Source of the DNA: Paraglomus brasilianum
Lineage: Eukaryota
Direction of reading: 5' to 3'
DNA: 35,896 nucleotides
Assembly: GCA_910592345.1 (NCBI GenBank)
Contig: CAJVPI010000312.1
Span: 1-35,896 of the forward strand
Part shown: positions 12,985 through 24,930 of the stretch, one piece after another
How the letters are laid out: each line of letters begins with the position of its first letter
How positions within the stretch are numbered: position 1 is the stretch's first letter
Program-made: the position numbers and the translations under genes
Notes under the pieces: generated by a model
Seen by the model: only the letters and a program-made list of their open reading frames with translations
Told to the model about the DNA's origin: nothing
Database searches by the model: none

Positions 12985-13237
12985 CTTTTGCACACACTCT
13001 TGCACACACTCTTGCACACACTCTTACACACACTCTTACACACACACTCTTGCACACACTCTCTTACATCTACACACATACACACACATATATATACATA
13101 TACACACATCACATACACACATCACATACACACACATACATACACATATACACATTATACAGATATACACATATACACATTATACAGATATACACATATA
13201 CACATATACACATATACACATTATACACATATACACG
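12985..13237. repeat. 12-bp CACACACTCTT(G/A) minisatellite plus long CA/TA-rich microsatellite
   Basis: Directly visible; explains spurious LLHT- and HTY-repeat ORFs. Confidence 0.92.
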
Positions 13238-14444
13238 CACTACCTCTACCTACAATGGGAATCCTATCCTCTTGTGAGGAATAGTAAAACTATGAGAGAA
13301 GCAGTGTACGAAAGGGGGGGGACTTGTGCATCAGAGACCAAGAAAGAATTTATATTCACCGATCATCCCTTCCGAGTCATATGATTCCCTTTCTCACATC
13401 GAGTCATCTAAATTTTCCTTATCTAACATACAGGAGAACATATGACTATGAATTCGAATTTTGTTCATTTCACATGCTTTTTTATTGCGGCTCTAGCATC
13501 GCATCGTTGTTGTTTTAGGTTGCCACTGTTCATCTGCACAGCTGCAATCATCAAACCGTTCGTTCACTGTTTGTATCGCTGCATTAGTTCGATGCTGCAT
13601 GATTTCTGTCCATCTATAGATCCCTCATGAACGAGATCATCGCTGCAACGCAACGTGGTTAACGCGCGCAACACTTAATCGTTAAAATTAATATTGCAGC
13701 TAATCATTTGTAAGCAGACACAACACATATCCTTCTTTCTTTCTTTCTCAAGAGTTTTCAAGTGGGACAAATGGAACAAAGAAAATAAGACGTGGGTGGG
13801 AGAGTTGGGAGAAAAAAAAAGTATATTAATATTGGATACAATATAGTCGGACAGAATGTGTGTAAGTCCACTATTGTGGTGTGTAATGATAATAATTATT
13901 AAGATGCCATTATTAATACGCTGATGATATTGTGACATTATCAGTATATAACTTTATTATAAACTAGGCTAATAACGTCAGGTATGATATCATTTGTACC
14001 ACATACAAACTTTGTTTATGGACAAGACAATAACATAGGAGACAATAACGCTGTAATCGTCCTTTTTCTTTCTTGTGTACACCTTGTATAAATTGGTTTG
14101 CATTGTAGTCTCACTCTACCCTAATAAACAAGTAAAGCAATGTCATAATGTCATCACCACTCGCATTTGAAAAGTGAAAATCGACATCCCATTAACTGTT
14201 TATAACTCCATTAATGTTTCATCTCGTCAACTCGGGATAAAACGATCATCGCAGCTAATGGATAACACAAATAAATAGCGTAATCCAACTGAAACATACT
14301 CCATATGTCAGTTCAACTATATGCTCATCTCGTAACGTGATGGTGGGTACGCACAGTCCTACGAAAGCAATGTCCTACCTAAATTGGCTTAATTACAAAC
14401 AACCTTTTTAATTGGGGGAACGAAAGGAAGGGGAAATGTAGGGA

Positions 14445-14513
14445 AAGGCATGGATGGGCATGGATGGGCAAGAAAGGGCAAGAAAGGGCAAGAAGGGCAA
14501 GGAAATGCAAGAA
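14445..14513. repeat. 10-bp tandem repeats GGCATGGATG and GGGCAAGAAA
   Basis: Directly visible. Confidence 0.85.
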
Positions 14514-17500
14514 AGATGGACTAGAATGTATGCAATGTATTGGAATTAATACAATATGTATTAACTAATGGCCTTTTTCCCGTTATTCTATTCGTTATCT
14601 CGCATTGTACTTGTATTTCTTTCTCGGGTAAACTCGTTCACGTTGTTGGTCTAACTTAACTGACTGTATGTCTATCAACTATAGTATAGATTATCAATTA
14701 AAGATGTAATTCGTCTTATCTTTATTATTTATACTCGCCTCAACTCATTTATTGATTCTGTGGTCCGTGTTACATGATGTCATGTACGACACGATGCTCG
14801 CTCTATCTTATCATTGTAACACCATTGCCTGAAGGGACCGACGTCATGTAACCATAATAATAACTGCTGGATCAAAAAAACTCGCCATCCTGATTGTGAC
14901 ATTTTTATTGATAATGTTTAAACACTTTTTCAATCAATATCCGAATGCACGTTTTGTGATAATGCAAATTGATTGGAATGTTATCAATCTCGTTTACCTA
15001 CTGTATATTTACAATGAACCTTGTTCTCGCTTCTCTTTGATATTGCCTTTATTGACAAATCTCCGTGTTTCAGTAATATAAATTGTTTGCTTGACATGTC
15101 CGATACCCAACTAGTAACAAAAGTCTGCTATTACAGGGTGTGCAAATCGTTCTGGCTACAGAGTGTTAGTTGTCTGTTATACGACCAGTCCAACTACGGT
15201 TATCTTTGTTTTTTACATGCCATTTATAGTTAGTTGCATTTCTATCCCGCTCCCCTTCCCAAATGTCATGTCATTTCAACATCTAACTCGCCAAATAATA
15301 TTCTGTAATTATTACTTGTAATTGTTTATTATGCTCTTTATCTGCCTGTGTTGCTAGTTAATTCTCCGGGCCAATCAATATCCCGCACTCTTCTTTCGGT
15401 TCTAACTTCGCGCGCCAAGAAATATTGCCTACTTTCTGATCATTATTAGCCACAACCAATCATCGGCATGCGATCAGTTACATAAGCCACTTTCGCCACC
15501 ATTCGCCAAGCCAAGCTATTTTTATTTTTGTCGATCGATTGTTCCAAGGACTTTTTCTTTGGAACATAAGTGTTACACACAACTCACATAAGCAATAATC
15601 AATACTACAATAAACATCCTTATCTTGATGTCATTAGTGCATTTTATTCGCCGATGCCAAAATAACTGGAAGTCCGCAGTCCAAACTTATGGGGTGAGAA
15701 CGGCCAAAAAAATAGAGGGTCTTGTGACGATTAAGTGGTGTGAATAAGATATATATTATTATTATGTTTATGCGGTACAAGTTGCCTAGTATGTAATAAG
15801 ATTAGCGAAATCACTCCCCAACCATCACACCACCTAGTTCGAACTAATCGAATGACAATAAAAGCTTGTTCTTACCGACATTTCTCGGTTAGTTCCGAAA
15901 AGTAATTTACGTCACATAGCGACTGATATAGCAAACTGCATTCTATGATTATTACCATCACTATCACCAGAACTTTCGTCATTTTGTTAATGATTACATA
16001 TATGTTTACACATTGCTTGTTGTTCTCAGCTGTCAGCTGACTTGTTATCATTTAACCGAATATTTTATATTCGAGATTTGTATTATATACCGAGCATTAT
16101 ACAACTATCGTTACACATTTCAACGAATGAATACAAGCTTTCCTGTCAATTTGTGCTAACATTTCAAAGGAAACGTTTTTATTATTTAAGGTATCTTTGC
16201 ATGACAATACACGTCATATGGATGACAAATTAAGTTGCTTTCCTTTGTCTTTGACGGAAAAAATAATGAGCAAGGTTGTGTATACCACCGGAAAAACTTT
16301 TTCTTGAAATTTCCACTGTCTGTATCACCTGTATCACCTACCATGTCAACTCGACCAACGGAAGAAAGCTTTTGACCGATGTACGACGTCTCGTGCCAAA
16401 CAATTTCCATGTATGGAGCAAATAAATAAAATATAGTAAGATCGCCCGTTTGGTATATCAGCTGACAAATAGAAGCAAAAGATATTCGATTATTATGTAA
16501 TCGGCAACTTTCTAGTGCGAGAAACAAACATGCATGCAAATGAAGAAAAGACGAGAAAAACCCCCGGATCACGACATGAAGTGAGCACCTTAACAAACAA
16601 AAAGCACATTGTTGTAGTTGTACGATGAGAGGATGTTGTCATATTGTCATATCTTGACAAGGTCGATTGTTTAGCACGGGAAAAGTATATTTCAACACGG
16701 CAATCAATCACCCGTCGGAACCCACTTTGGTGACGGCGCGTTAAGTTATTCTCGGGGTTCGGTAATCTTTTTTCCTCCCCAACATTTTGTCAAATGTATA
16801 CTAATAAACAGATACGTATATAGTCACCTGGTTGAGCGACGCATTGTCTTGCGCGACGCTAGCAACAAAAGAGAAAAGCCGTCTGGCAATCTATTGGTTG
16901 ATTTTTTGATCAATGATACATACACGTACAATACTAATCGATCAATGGCTTTCCTGTTGTAAATTGTAAAGTTGACATATTCACTATGTCAAATAATTTC
17001 TCATTTGATGGTGAGAAAGACAATTGCTTTACATCACAACTAAATTTCCACCGAATGCGTTATCATGTTGAAAATTGATCGCGTTTACATTTGTTTGTTG
17101 AATTGCCAACTTGACGTTCTGGCTAGATATATCGAAAAAAAAATTGGACGCAATCAGCTATAGTTATCGGATCTATTTATATTAGTAGACAGTCTTCTGG
17201 TCAAGGTCTGTTTATAGACAGTTGACATTTCTGTTATTGATGAATTATATATTTTCTAATACCTCTTGTATTGTGACAAACTGGCTGGGAGAGGGTTTTG
17301 AGATTATTATCACTATAACGAATGTCGTGTACATTTTACGGTCGGCATGCCAGACGATTCAAAGAGTGAACCAATAAACTTGTTCTACTGTGTAAGAATG
17401 TTTATGTTTTTAAATACAAACAAAAGCTTCAAGTTCTAAGGGATGTCGTAGTTGATTCAAATTACAAAGTTTAATTCATTTCTATCAGCAAAATTCAAAA

Positions 17501-17911
17501 CATTTGGGACAATTAATGGGTCTAAAAATTTTGTCCGTAATACTTTCCGAGGGTAATGCGTATATGGTTATCGGGAGAATATCAATTTTAGACACCAGAT
17601 TTAAAGCATGATGATTCTATGCGCTTCTCTTTATTGAATTAAAGCGGATTACTAACTTTAAAATCAGGAAAAAGTTTTACAAAACAAAAGCGCTTCATCA
17701 TATAGCGCATACCTTTATTGTATTAGTATGCCTTTCCCTAACATCAAAATTTGGCCGTGATCTACAGTTAAGGCTATCCGCAGGTAAGCACCTCAGAGAC
17801 TATACGTGGAACCTTTCAAAATGAAGAGACAGTCCAACCTAGCTATCAGATCCCAAACCATATATTGTAATGGTGTAAACAAAGCCCGTTTGAAAAATAT
17901 GTGCAAGCTTC

Positions 17912-17977
17912 TGTACGTTCACTAATATAAAAGGCTTGAAAATTGTATTGGTGTACGTTCACTATATAAAAAGCTTG
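17912..17977. repeat. Direct repeat of about 27 bp (TGTACGTTCACTA.TATAAAA.GCTTG x2)
   Basis: Copies start at 17912 and 17952. Confidence 0.8.
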
Positions 17978-18177
17978 TTTTTTTTTTCCCTAAAATTTTT
18001 TCCTGAATCTTGTCTTACTCTCATTTGATTCTGCTCTTTTAATTATTTATATCCATACCATTAATAATAGCGTTGCATTTTTATAGAAGGTATTATATGA
18101 ACACTAAAAAAAAAATACATATTCTTTTATTACGCATAAATGATAGCCAACATAATCACAATCACACATGTGTCCAT

Positions 18178-21100
18178 TCATTCAACTGAACTAACGATAA
18201 TGTCTCCGTACGCAACGTCCTGACTCACTTTCACTAATCCTTTTGAAGCAAGCGCTATAAAATGATATGCGTTTATGGGTTAAACACCTTAATCATATTT
18301 TTAAAATTGTATGTCATTGCTTACCTAATATATGACCAAATAACTTGGCCACAGTGGCCTTTTTCTCCCCTCTCTCTTCTACCACCTGTTGTAGTATAAA
18401 CCGATTGTCGTTTGCCGATCTTAAGACGCTATTCAAGTATACAATAGCTTCGGTTTCAGAGACATTGTGAGAGTGTGACTGACTATCTTGGTCAGTTGGT
18501 GCCATACTGACAGCCGAGGCTTCATCGTTAAATTCATCTTGAAAATAGAAAATATGCAACACAATAAGACAGTGTTGGGTTCTCTAATGAATATACAGTA
18601 AATTCATCGTCACGCACGTACCATCGAAAATTGGAAAGTCTGACATATGCATGTCTAAGCCATCACCAAATGACGACGCTCCTGCATCAGATGTGACGGC
18701 CGATCGTCTGCGATGGTTTAAACCTATTCTTCGTAGTCGACTTGCAAAGAGAGAACATGTGAGCATCTCTGCATATGTAAGACAATCTCATTATATATAT
18801 ATATACCCATCTACGCTGCTCACGTCCGAAGGGAAATCACGACTTCCATTAGCGGTATCAACCGAAGATCCGTGATCGAGGTGATCTATGCAAAGATCGA
18901 TGCGATGCGATGCGATGTTAATGCTACGCATATAATACTCATAGGAGACTTTACTTGTGGTATCGTTACAGTTACTCTAGGTTTATTAACAAAACTCTGT
19001 TGTTCTACTTACCGCCAAAGTCAGGGATGTCATCCACATCAATGCTCGAATTATTTTGGCTTATTCGAAGTGCTCGCCGAACGTGTTCCGGTTCTTGGGT
19101 CAGTGGGTTTACTGTCTACTCAAAATAGATGCTAAGACCCCTCTCAAAGCAAGAGAACTAATACGACAGTAGAAGTCAATTTTACCTGAATTATGTTTTC
19201 AGAGTCTTCTGGTGGTGGAACGTTGTCTAAAATTCGCTTGTGTGAGATTAGGTTTCTCGATATTAGATTGTCTCATTTAAATGCACCTCTTACTTGCAGT
19301 TGCAGTCCACAGTCTATCGCTGTATGCAAGGCGATCTTGGTAGTTCAATTACAAGGCTCGTTAGCATACTAAAAGTCGAATAGAAACCAACGTATTCTCG
19401 AGCAACTCTACCATTTATCATGGGCGTACAATGATTTTCCCAAAATGTTGCGAGTTTTGGGTGGTTTACTAGTAAATATGATCGAGCAGTTAATTGACGC
19501 TATATCGAGTTAACCATATAAAACACTATATATAGACGGGTAATACACCAGCCTTTTACAAACGGCGTATTTAACAGCTTGTCCATATGTAATCGCAACT
19601 TTTTTGAAATTTTCTGCATTAAATAAATAATTCAAAATAAGCACTGTCGTGTTATTATCTTGTTCCATATAAAAACAATATCCAGGCCAAACATGCCTTT
19701 GACCTAGCGATACGCTGAGCCTTGTCTAAATCACTTGAATAACTATTTCGCATAAGAATAAGCTCGGCCATTGTAAGTTCATTAGGATCATCCATTAGAC
19801 TTCTTCGACGTTTCTGTCGACGCGTTGGTTGAGTTGATGTTTGCAATTGCAAAACTTCTGCTGATTGAGACTGTATAATAGGGCAGAAAATGGAGATATA
19901 TGTTAGCTGTGCCTGCAATAATTATAAGTGTATGGTATCTATTAATAGATATAGTAAATATGCATATACAACGTCATCCATCATTCTTTCATCATCGGCT
20001 TCACATTCTTCATTTCTACTTTCAGACCCATCAACAGTTTCCTCAGTTTCTCGCTCTCCCCGTTTCACCCTTTGTTTTTGCCTTCTCCTGCCATTTTCAT
20101 TATCATCCATTCTGTAGTGTTCTTCAGCAACTTGTCTGTATATTTCTCCAAGCGCTTCTTCTCCGACATCCATCATGATATCTGCATCTCTGTTGTCATG
20201 TTCATCGGAAATGTTACGGTCATATAGCGTTCCGTTAGCGTCAAAGGTTATCTGTATTCTATCCATATCATCTGACTGTAATAAATCATCTTGCATGTCG
20301 ATAGTTGAAAGAGGAAACACCGAATGAAGGGTGGATGCAGGAGAGAGTGTGGCAGTCGAGGAGAAAGCATTACGAATATAGGCTTGATAAACGCGAAATG
20401 GGACGCGAAATGGAGGGACAAAGAAAAGTAAGACAAAACAGATAATCGAAGAGAATAACGCGATCGAATTGTTAGTGTAGTGGGTATACCTTCATGATCG
20501 ATGGACTGAAAAGTCAAGAAATCTGGAACCTTAACATCGAATATGCAAATAAGAGATCCATTGAGGTTAATACCCATTTTACTTGAGTTTTTGTCATTCT
20601 AGTAGCACTCACTGTACTGAGATTCGATAACGTCATTTCGATTTCAAAGTCAGGATCATCTGCAATTGTGATTGATTCTTGCCTAGAAAATTATTATATT
20701 CGTATTATTGTTTCTGTTGATATTTGTATGACGGGTGTTAATGAAACTGACCTGGCTTCTGTCAATGGCATGTTTACTACTTCATTGGTTTCGAGAGATA
20801 CAAGATTTTTTCGAAGTCGACCCCAAACATTGTTTACTTCAGCTATTGGGTTTGAACGCGACATTACATTACTATTACGACAAAAATTCTCAATTACAAT
20901 ACAGTAAGAGTATTTATTTACCATAATAGAATTGATATTGTTGGTAATATATTCTTGCTATACCGACCATCAGATTGGACGTCAGTCTCAAAGCAAGAGG
21001 CTCTGGCGGAGAGACAATGTAATTGCTAGATGAAGGTAGCGGGTTAATTGGCTCTGTGGGTTTTATTCAGTAAAATTGTTTGCAATCTGTAATAAAATTA

Positions 21101-21315
21101 CCAAGCTCTTATTAAATTCACAGAGTTAACATCCTTCTTGGACAGTTTTTTTAGAGTAGATCGTGATCCAATTGTTGCCGCCAACCTGTCGCGCATATTT
21201 CAAGTTTTCTATGAATCAAACCATTATTATAAAGACAATTGATTTTGCAACGAGCCAACCATATGATAGCAAATCCTCCTGATTTGTGCGTTAATATATC
21301 TTTCGAATAGAACAT
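18178..21315 (-). CDS. REC8: Meiotic cohesin kleisin subunit Rec8 (about 17 exons)
   Basis: Exons 21315-21260, 21185-21102, 21025-20922 and 20842-20752 splice to MFYSKDILTHKSGGFAIIWLAATIGSRSTLKKLSKKDVNSVNLIRACNYIVSPPEPLALRLTSNLMVGIARIYYQQYQFYYAEVNNVW (Rad21/Rec8 N domain). R-x-Y-x-QQ is Rec8-type; Rad21 has RIYSRK. C-terminal winged helix VAKLFGHILALASKGLVKVSQDVAYGDI..E* ends at 18178. An in-frame path exists through all internal exons, with a few ambiguous boundaries. Confidence 0.92.
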
Positions 21316-22139
21316 TGTAGACTGAAAAACGTAAATAGGGCGTATTCTACTCAGTGAGCATATATATATTGTGTATCTGAGATTGAACATTAAACTACGA
21401 TAATGCATTACAAGTATGAGTTTGATTATAAATAAAACTGTTGCATTGCAATTGACTAAATTAATTTAACATGGGGGAGACCGAATGTGACGCAACAAAC
21501 TAGCGACAGTGATTGAAGCGTATTTCAGCATTTATTCACGACGCGGGACCTTGAAACTTAAAGTCACGAATACGTCGAAAGAGAGTTGAGAATATTTTAC
21601 ATTATTATTTTTATTACTCATACTAAAAACATATGACGATATTGACCTAACTCAGGGGGGAGATCTTTTCATTCCGTGGCATGAGAACATGCAGTCGAAT
21701 AACGTGCTTACTGTTCTATGTCGGGAATACATATAAAGCTTGTTACAATTTATCAAAATGGCTGCTCACTTGCTTGAAGCATAGTGAATCGGTTGTGGCT
21801 TCGAACGTAATTCATTATGGAATAGCGACCTAGACATATGGATTTGTACAGATTGTTGTACCGGATATATAAACGAATTAAATCGTTAACCGTTATTATT
21901 ATGAATACTATACATAATTTCATATTCAATTTTTGTGTTTCGCTCATAGCCAGCGGGAGGAATATATCATTATTTAAGATTAGTCTCGCAAAGAGATGGA
22001 TAAAGATTTGATTATCACGATAAATTAATTAAACCATGTATTGTATCTTATCTTTCTTAAAGATGATCGAACCAATAAATATATGTCTAACAAAAATTGA
22101 CATTTCAGTTGACGGTTTTCTTTTATCGAAAACGTATAC

Positions 22140-22509
22140 TAGTCAAACTCGATAGACGGGCTGTGGTAATGGTTTAAGCTACAGCGATTTTATTTATCGA
22201 CCAGACAATGAATTAGATATTTTACTGCGTTTATTCTTAATAGAAGGACCGGCAGTGGCATTCATGGTTTTCGAATCAAGAATTAAGATTTTGGTAACAC
22301 TTATTCTTTAAATGGCAATCATTTAATTTAAAGAGTAAATCTTTCACTCATCGAGGTATTCGACTTATGGAGGTTCATTTGTTAGAAGCGTGAGAGAATC
22401 CTCTTTATCTTACAGTTTCATCGAGGGTTGTAATAAAATTTATATTATGGAGGTATTTTTAGTACAAAAAATTCGGGGCGGAAAACCTTTATTTTATCGA
22501 GTTTGACTA
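22140..22509. mobile_element. pogo/Tigger-like MITE (about 370 bp)
   Basis: Perfect 15-bp inverted repeat TAGTCAAACTCGATA (22140-22154) / TATCGAGTTTGACTA (22495-22509). Internal TTATCGA/TCATCGAGG/TTATGGAGG repeats; no ORF. Confidence 0.75.
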
Positions 22510-22924
22510 TGTATTTACATATTTGCACCAGACAATTTCCACTCGATTTTGAATACGTGGCATATTAACTGCGTAAAACGCACATTCGTCTACTTCGCTG
22601 CGGCACCATCAACTAAAGGTTAAACAGTAATGTTTTTATTTGGTGTATTGAATTACAAAAATTCCATTCGTTGTTCATTTAAATTGTTAATTATGAAACC
22701 AGATCGTAATCTATTTGCGTTACTTTCTATGTCATACCGATGTTACAAGACTAAACCTAAAACAAACAACACTGAATACCTAATTCGTACTTTATTCATT
22801 TTCTGAATCGTCTATCATATATTCTCATTGTTTGCGGATTGCAAATTTAGATTTTTAGAAATTTCCTTATAAAAGTAGTTATTCTCCGAACGACTCGCAT
22901 AAACCCTGCATTTGTTCAACAACC

Positions 22925-23860
22925 ATGGCAATGTTTGATTTAAACGACCAATTGAAGCAGTTTGAAGAAGAATATGGGAAGGAGCGCCGATTTTGCTCTA
23001 AAGAAGAATTTCTGGCAATCAATGATACGCCAAACAAAGATGGTCTTCCCAAAAGACTCTGCAATTTATACATAATATTCGAAAAAGAATATATTAAGAT
23101 GATTAAAGAACAAGAAAATTTTGTCCATACTACTGGAGGAGGACAAATGCTTATCAAACGGGCGGCGGAAAAATGGAAAACCCTCGAACCCTCCCAAAAG
23201 CGTATATACGAACTTGCGGCTGAAATAAGAAAAGAAATCTTCATGAAAAAGAATCCTAACTACAAGTACCAGCCAAGAAGTAAAACGGCGCGATCAACTG
23301 TGTTAGAGTCTCCCTCCAGCGAAATTATCAATAATCAGAATATTGGACAGGCTATGGTCGAGAATGACGGGGACATACGTGGCCCTGCCGCTGCTACCAC
23401 ATACAACGACGATACTACTGCTACCACATACAACGACGATACTACTGCTACCACATACAACGACGATACTACTGCTACCACATACAACGACTATACTACT
23501 GCTGCCACATACAACGACTATACTGCTACTACTACTGCTGCCACATACAACGACTATACTGCTACTACTGCTGCTGCCACATACAACGACTATATTACTA
23601 CTACTGCTGCCACATACAACGATTATATTGCTACCGACTATATTGTTGATTTTTATTTTAACAATTGCTTCCTTTTACAAATAAACCCACACCCAGAAGT
23701 TGGATCTGATATTATTCATAGTAATACTATGCATTTGTCACCTTTTTCTTCCACATCCTTTATGTTATTGTCTCCATCATTATTCCATCAAAACAGTTCG
23801 ATGACTTCGTCTTTGCCAGGTGTTGAATCTTTCATGATTGTTGAACAATCTGAAATCTGA
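22925..23860 (+). CDS. Single HMG-box transcription factor of MATA_HMG/SOX-TCF class (311 aa, intronless)
   Basis: PKRLCNLYIIFEKEY...LIKRAAEKWKTLEPSQKRIYELAAEIRKEIFMKKNPNYKYQPRSK is an HMG box with the PxYKYxPR tail of sequence-specific HMG proteins. Good start context (ACCATGG). Confidence 0.9.
   Translation: MAMFDLNDQLKQFEEEYGKERRFCSKEEFLAINDTPNKDGLPKRLCNLYIIFEKEYIKMIKEQENFVHTTGGGQMLIKRAAEKWKTLEPSQKRIYELAAEIRKEIFMKKNPNYKYQPRSKTARSTVLESPSSEIINNQNIGQAMVENDGDIRGPAAATTYNDDTTATTYNDDTTATTYNDDTTATTYNDYTTAATYNDYTATTTAATYNDYTATTAAATYNDYITTTAATYNDYIATDYIVDFYFNNCFLLQINPHPEVGSDIIHSNTMHLSPFSSTSFMLLSPSLFHQNSSMTSSLPGVESFMIVEQSEI
23385..23640 (+). repeat. In-frame minisatellite in the HMG gene: 27-36-bp units x8 encoding T(T/A)A(T/A)TYND(D/Y)
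   Basis: Core CCACATACAACGA occurs 8 times; all unit lengths are multiples of 3. Confidence 0.95.
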
Positions 23861-24091
23861 ATTATTGAAATGTTGTTGAAATTTACATGTAATGAGAAGA
23901 TATCATTTTATCTCGAGAAACTTAATAAATAACTCTTGTATCGATATCATTTGATCGAATGCTTGAATGTTCATGTTGGGTTTGATTATTCAACTTTTGA
24001 TGATCTCACCAATTTGAGAGAACACAGCTAACGTTACTCATAATCAGGACGATCTCACTATTTTGAGAGAACACAGCGTAGAGTGTTACAA

Positions 24092-24620
24092 TCATTCCGA
24101 CTTCAACTTGTGTAATGTTTCGCAATAATCGATATCAAGTATCTTATTATAGGGCTTCATAGCTCTCTGTGTCCTTCCGGAACCGGTATATGAAAAGTTT
24201 ATAAGAGACTCCGGTATAAACAAAGAATTTTCATAACAGTGCGCAAGAATCAGTATAAAGAGGTTCCGGTATAAACAGAGTTGACTGTATATTACACAAG
24301 CCGTTTGATAAAGTACGACATTGATTTCTGCGCCGCTGCCATGTCCTTGTTGCAGCTGAAGCTGAAACCAACCAATGGGATTAGAGAATAATGAGATCGT
24401 CAGCATCAGCATTTATACGATCTTTCGCGCTTTTTCATTTATTAAATTTCTTTCGATATCATAAACTGTTACTAAAGAAAGCTCTATATTTTATGTATAT
24501 AAGACGGAGTATGGATCAAAATTTAAAGTCATTCCAAGCACAAGTAATTGCGTATATACTTCGCTTATACACCAATTTCCAACGCTTAGGCCAGATACTA
24601 CTACATTCAGTAATATAAGA
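24092..24620 (-). pseudogene. Possible degenerate TPR-repeat gene remnant
   Basis: Fragments IGWFQLQLQQGHGSGA / KSMSYFIKRL / LAHCYEN / GRTQRAMKPYNKILDID resemble TPR or Sel1 helices but are broken across frames. Confidence 0.3.
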
Positions 24621-24819
24621 ACCCAACATTTTTGTTTGGGGTATAAACTATGCACATTTGATATAATGATATGCTTTCGAAAAAAAACGTAATATACTAT
24701 TACGCTCACTTAGTGCTATTGCAACATTGTATTTCTAAAAAATTGTGCTGACTTACAATACAACTGCGTGTGGTTTTAATTCTATGGCTCCGATGTTATC
24801 TCAGCTTTATCTTTCACTC

Positions 24820-24914
24820 TATATAAAAACGCGTATTAATTCTTACTTTTTTCCAAGTGTCTTTCAAATATCTGCTACTATCATCGTTACATCTTATCTA
24901 CTACACATACGCGT
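24820..24914 (+). promoter_or_regulatory. DMC1 proximal promoter/5' region: TATA box plus two MCB motifs (ACGCGT)
   Basis: TATATAAA at 24820-24827; ACGCGT at 24829-24834 and 24909-24914; ATG at 24931. Confidence 0.5.
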
Positions 24915-24930
24915 ATTTTACATCTACATA

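Noticed and set aside
12931..13284. His/Thr/Tyr-rich ORFs
   Set aside because: Artefacts of CA/TA microsatellites.
18178..21315. RAD21/SCC1 as an alternative identity
   Set aside because: ARIYYQQ and LTSNLMVG are Rec8-type; Rad21 RIYSRKAKYL is absent.
23385..23640. CRISPR-like appearance of this repeat (also 6453-6510 and 32743-32878)
   Set aside because: No unique constant-length spacers, no cas genes, eukaryotic context.
22879..23684. Antisense ORF 22879-23244 and alternative-frame ORF 23343-23684
   Set aside because: Shadows of the HMG coding frame and its minisatellite.
24218..24227. Ste11 TR-box match (TTCTTTGTTT, minus strand) upstream of DMC1 as an HMG target site
   Set aside because: Single copy, and the same 10-mer pattern occurs near 4409 and 13773, so chance is sufficient.
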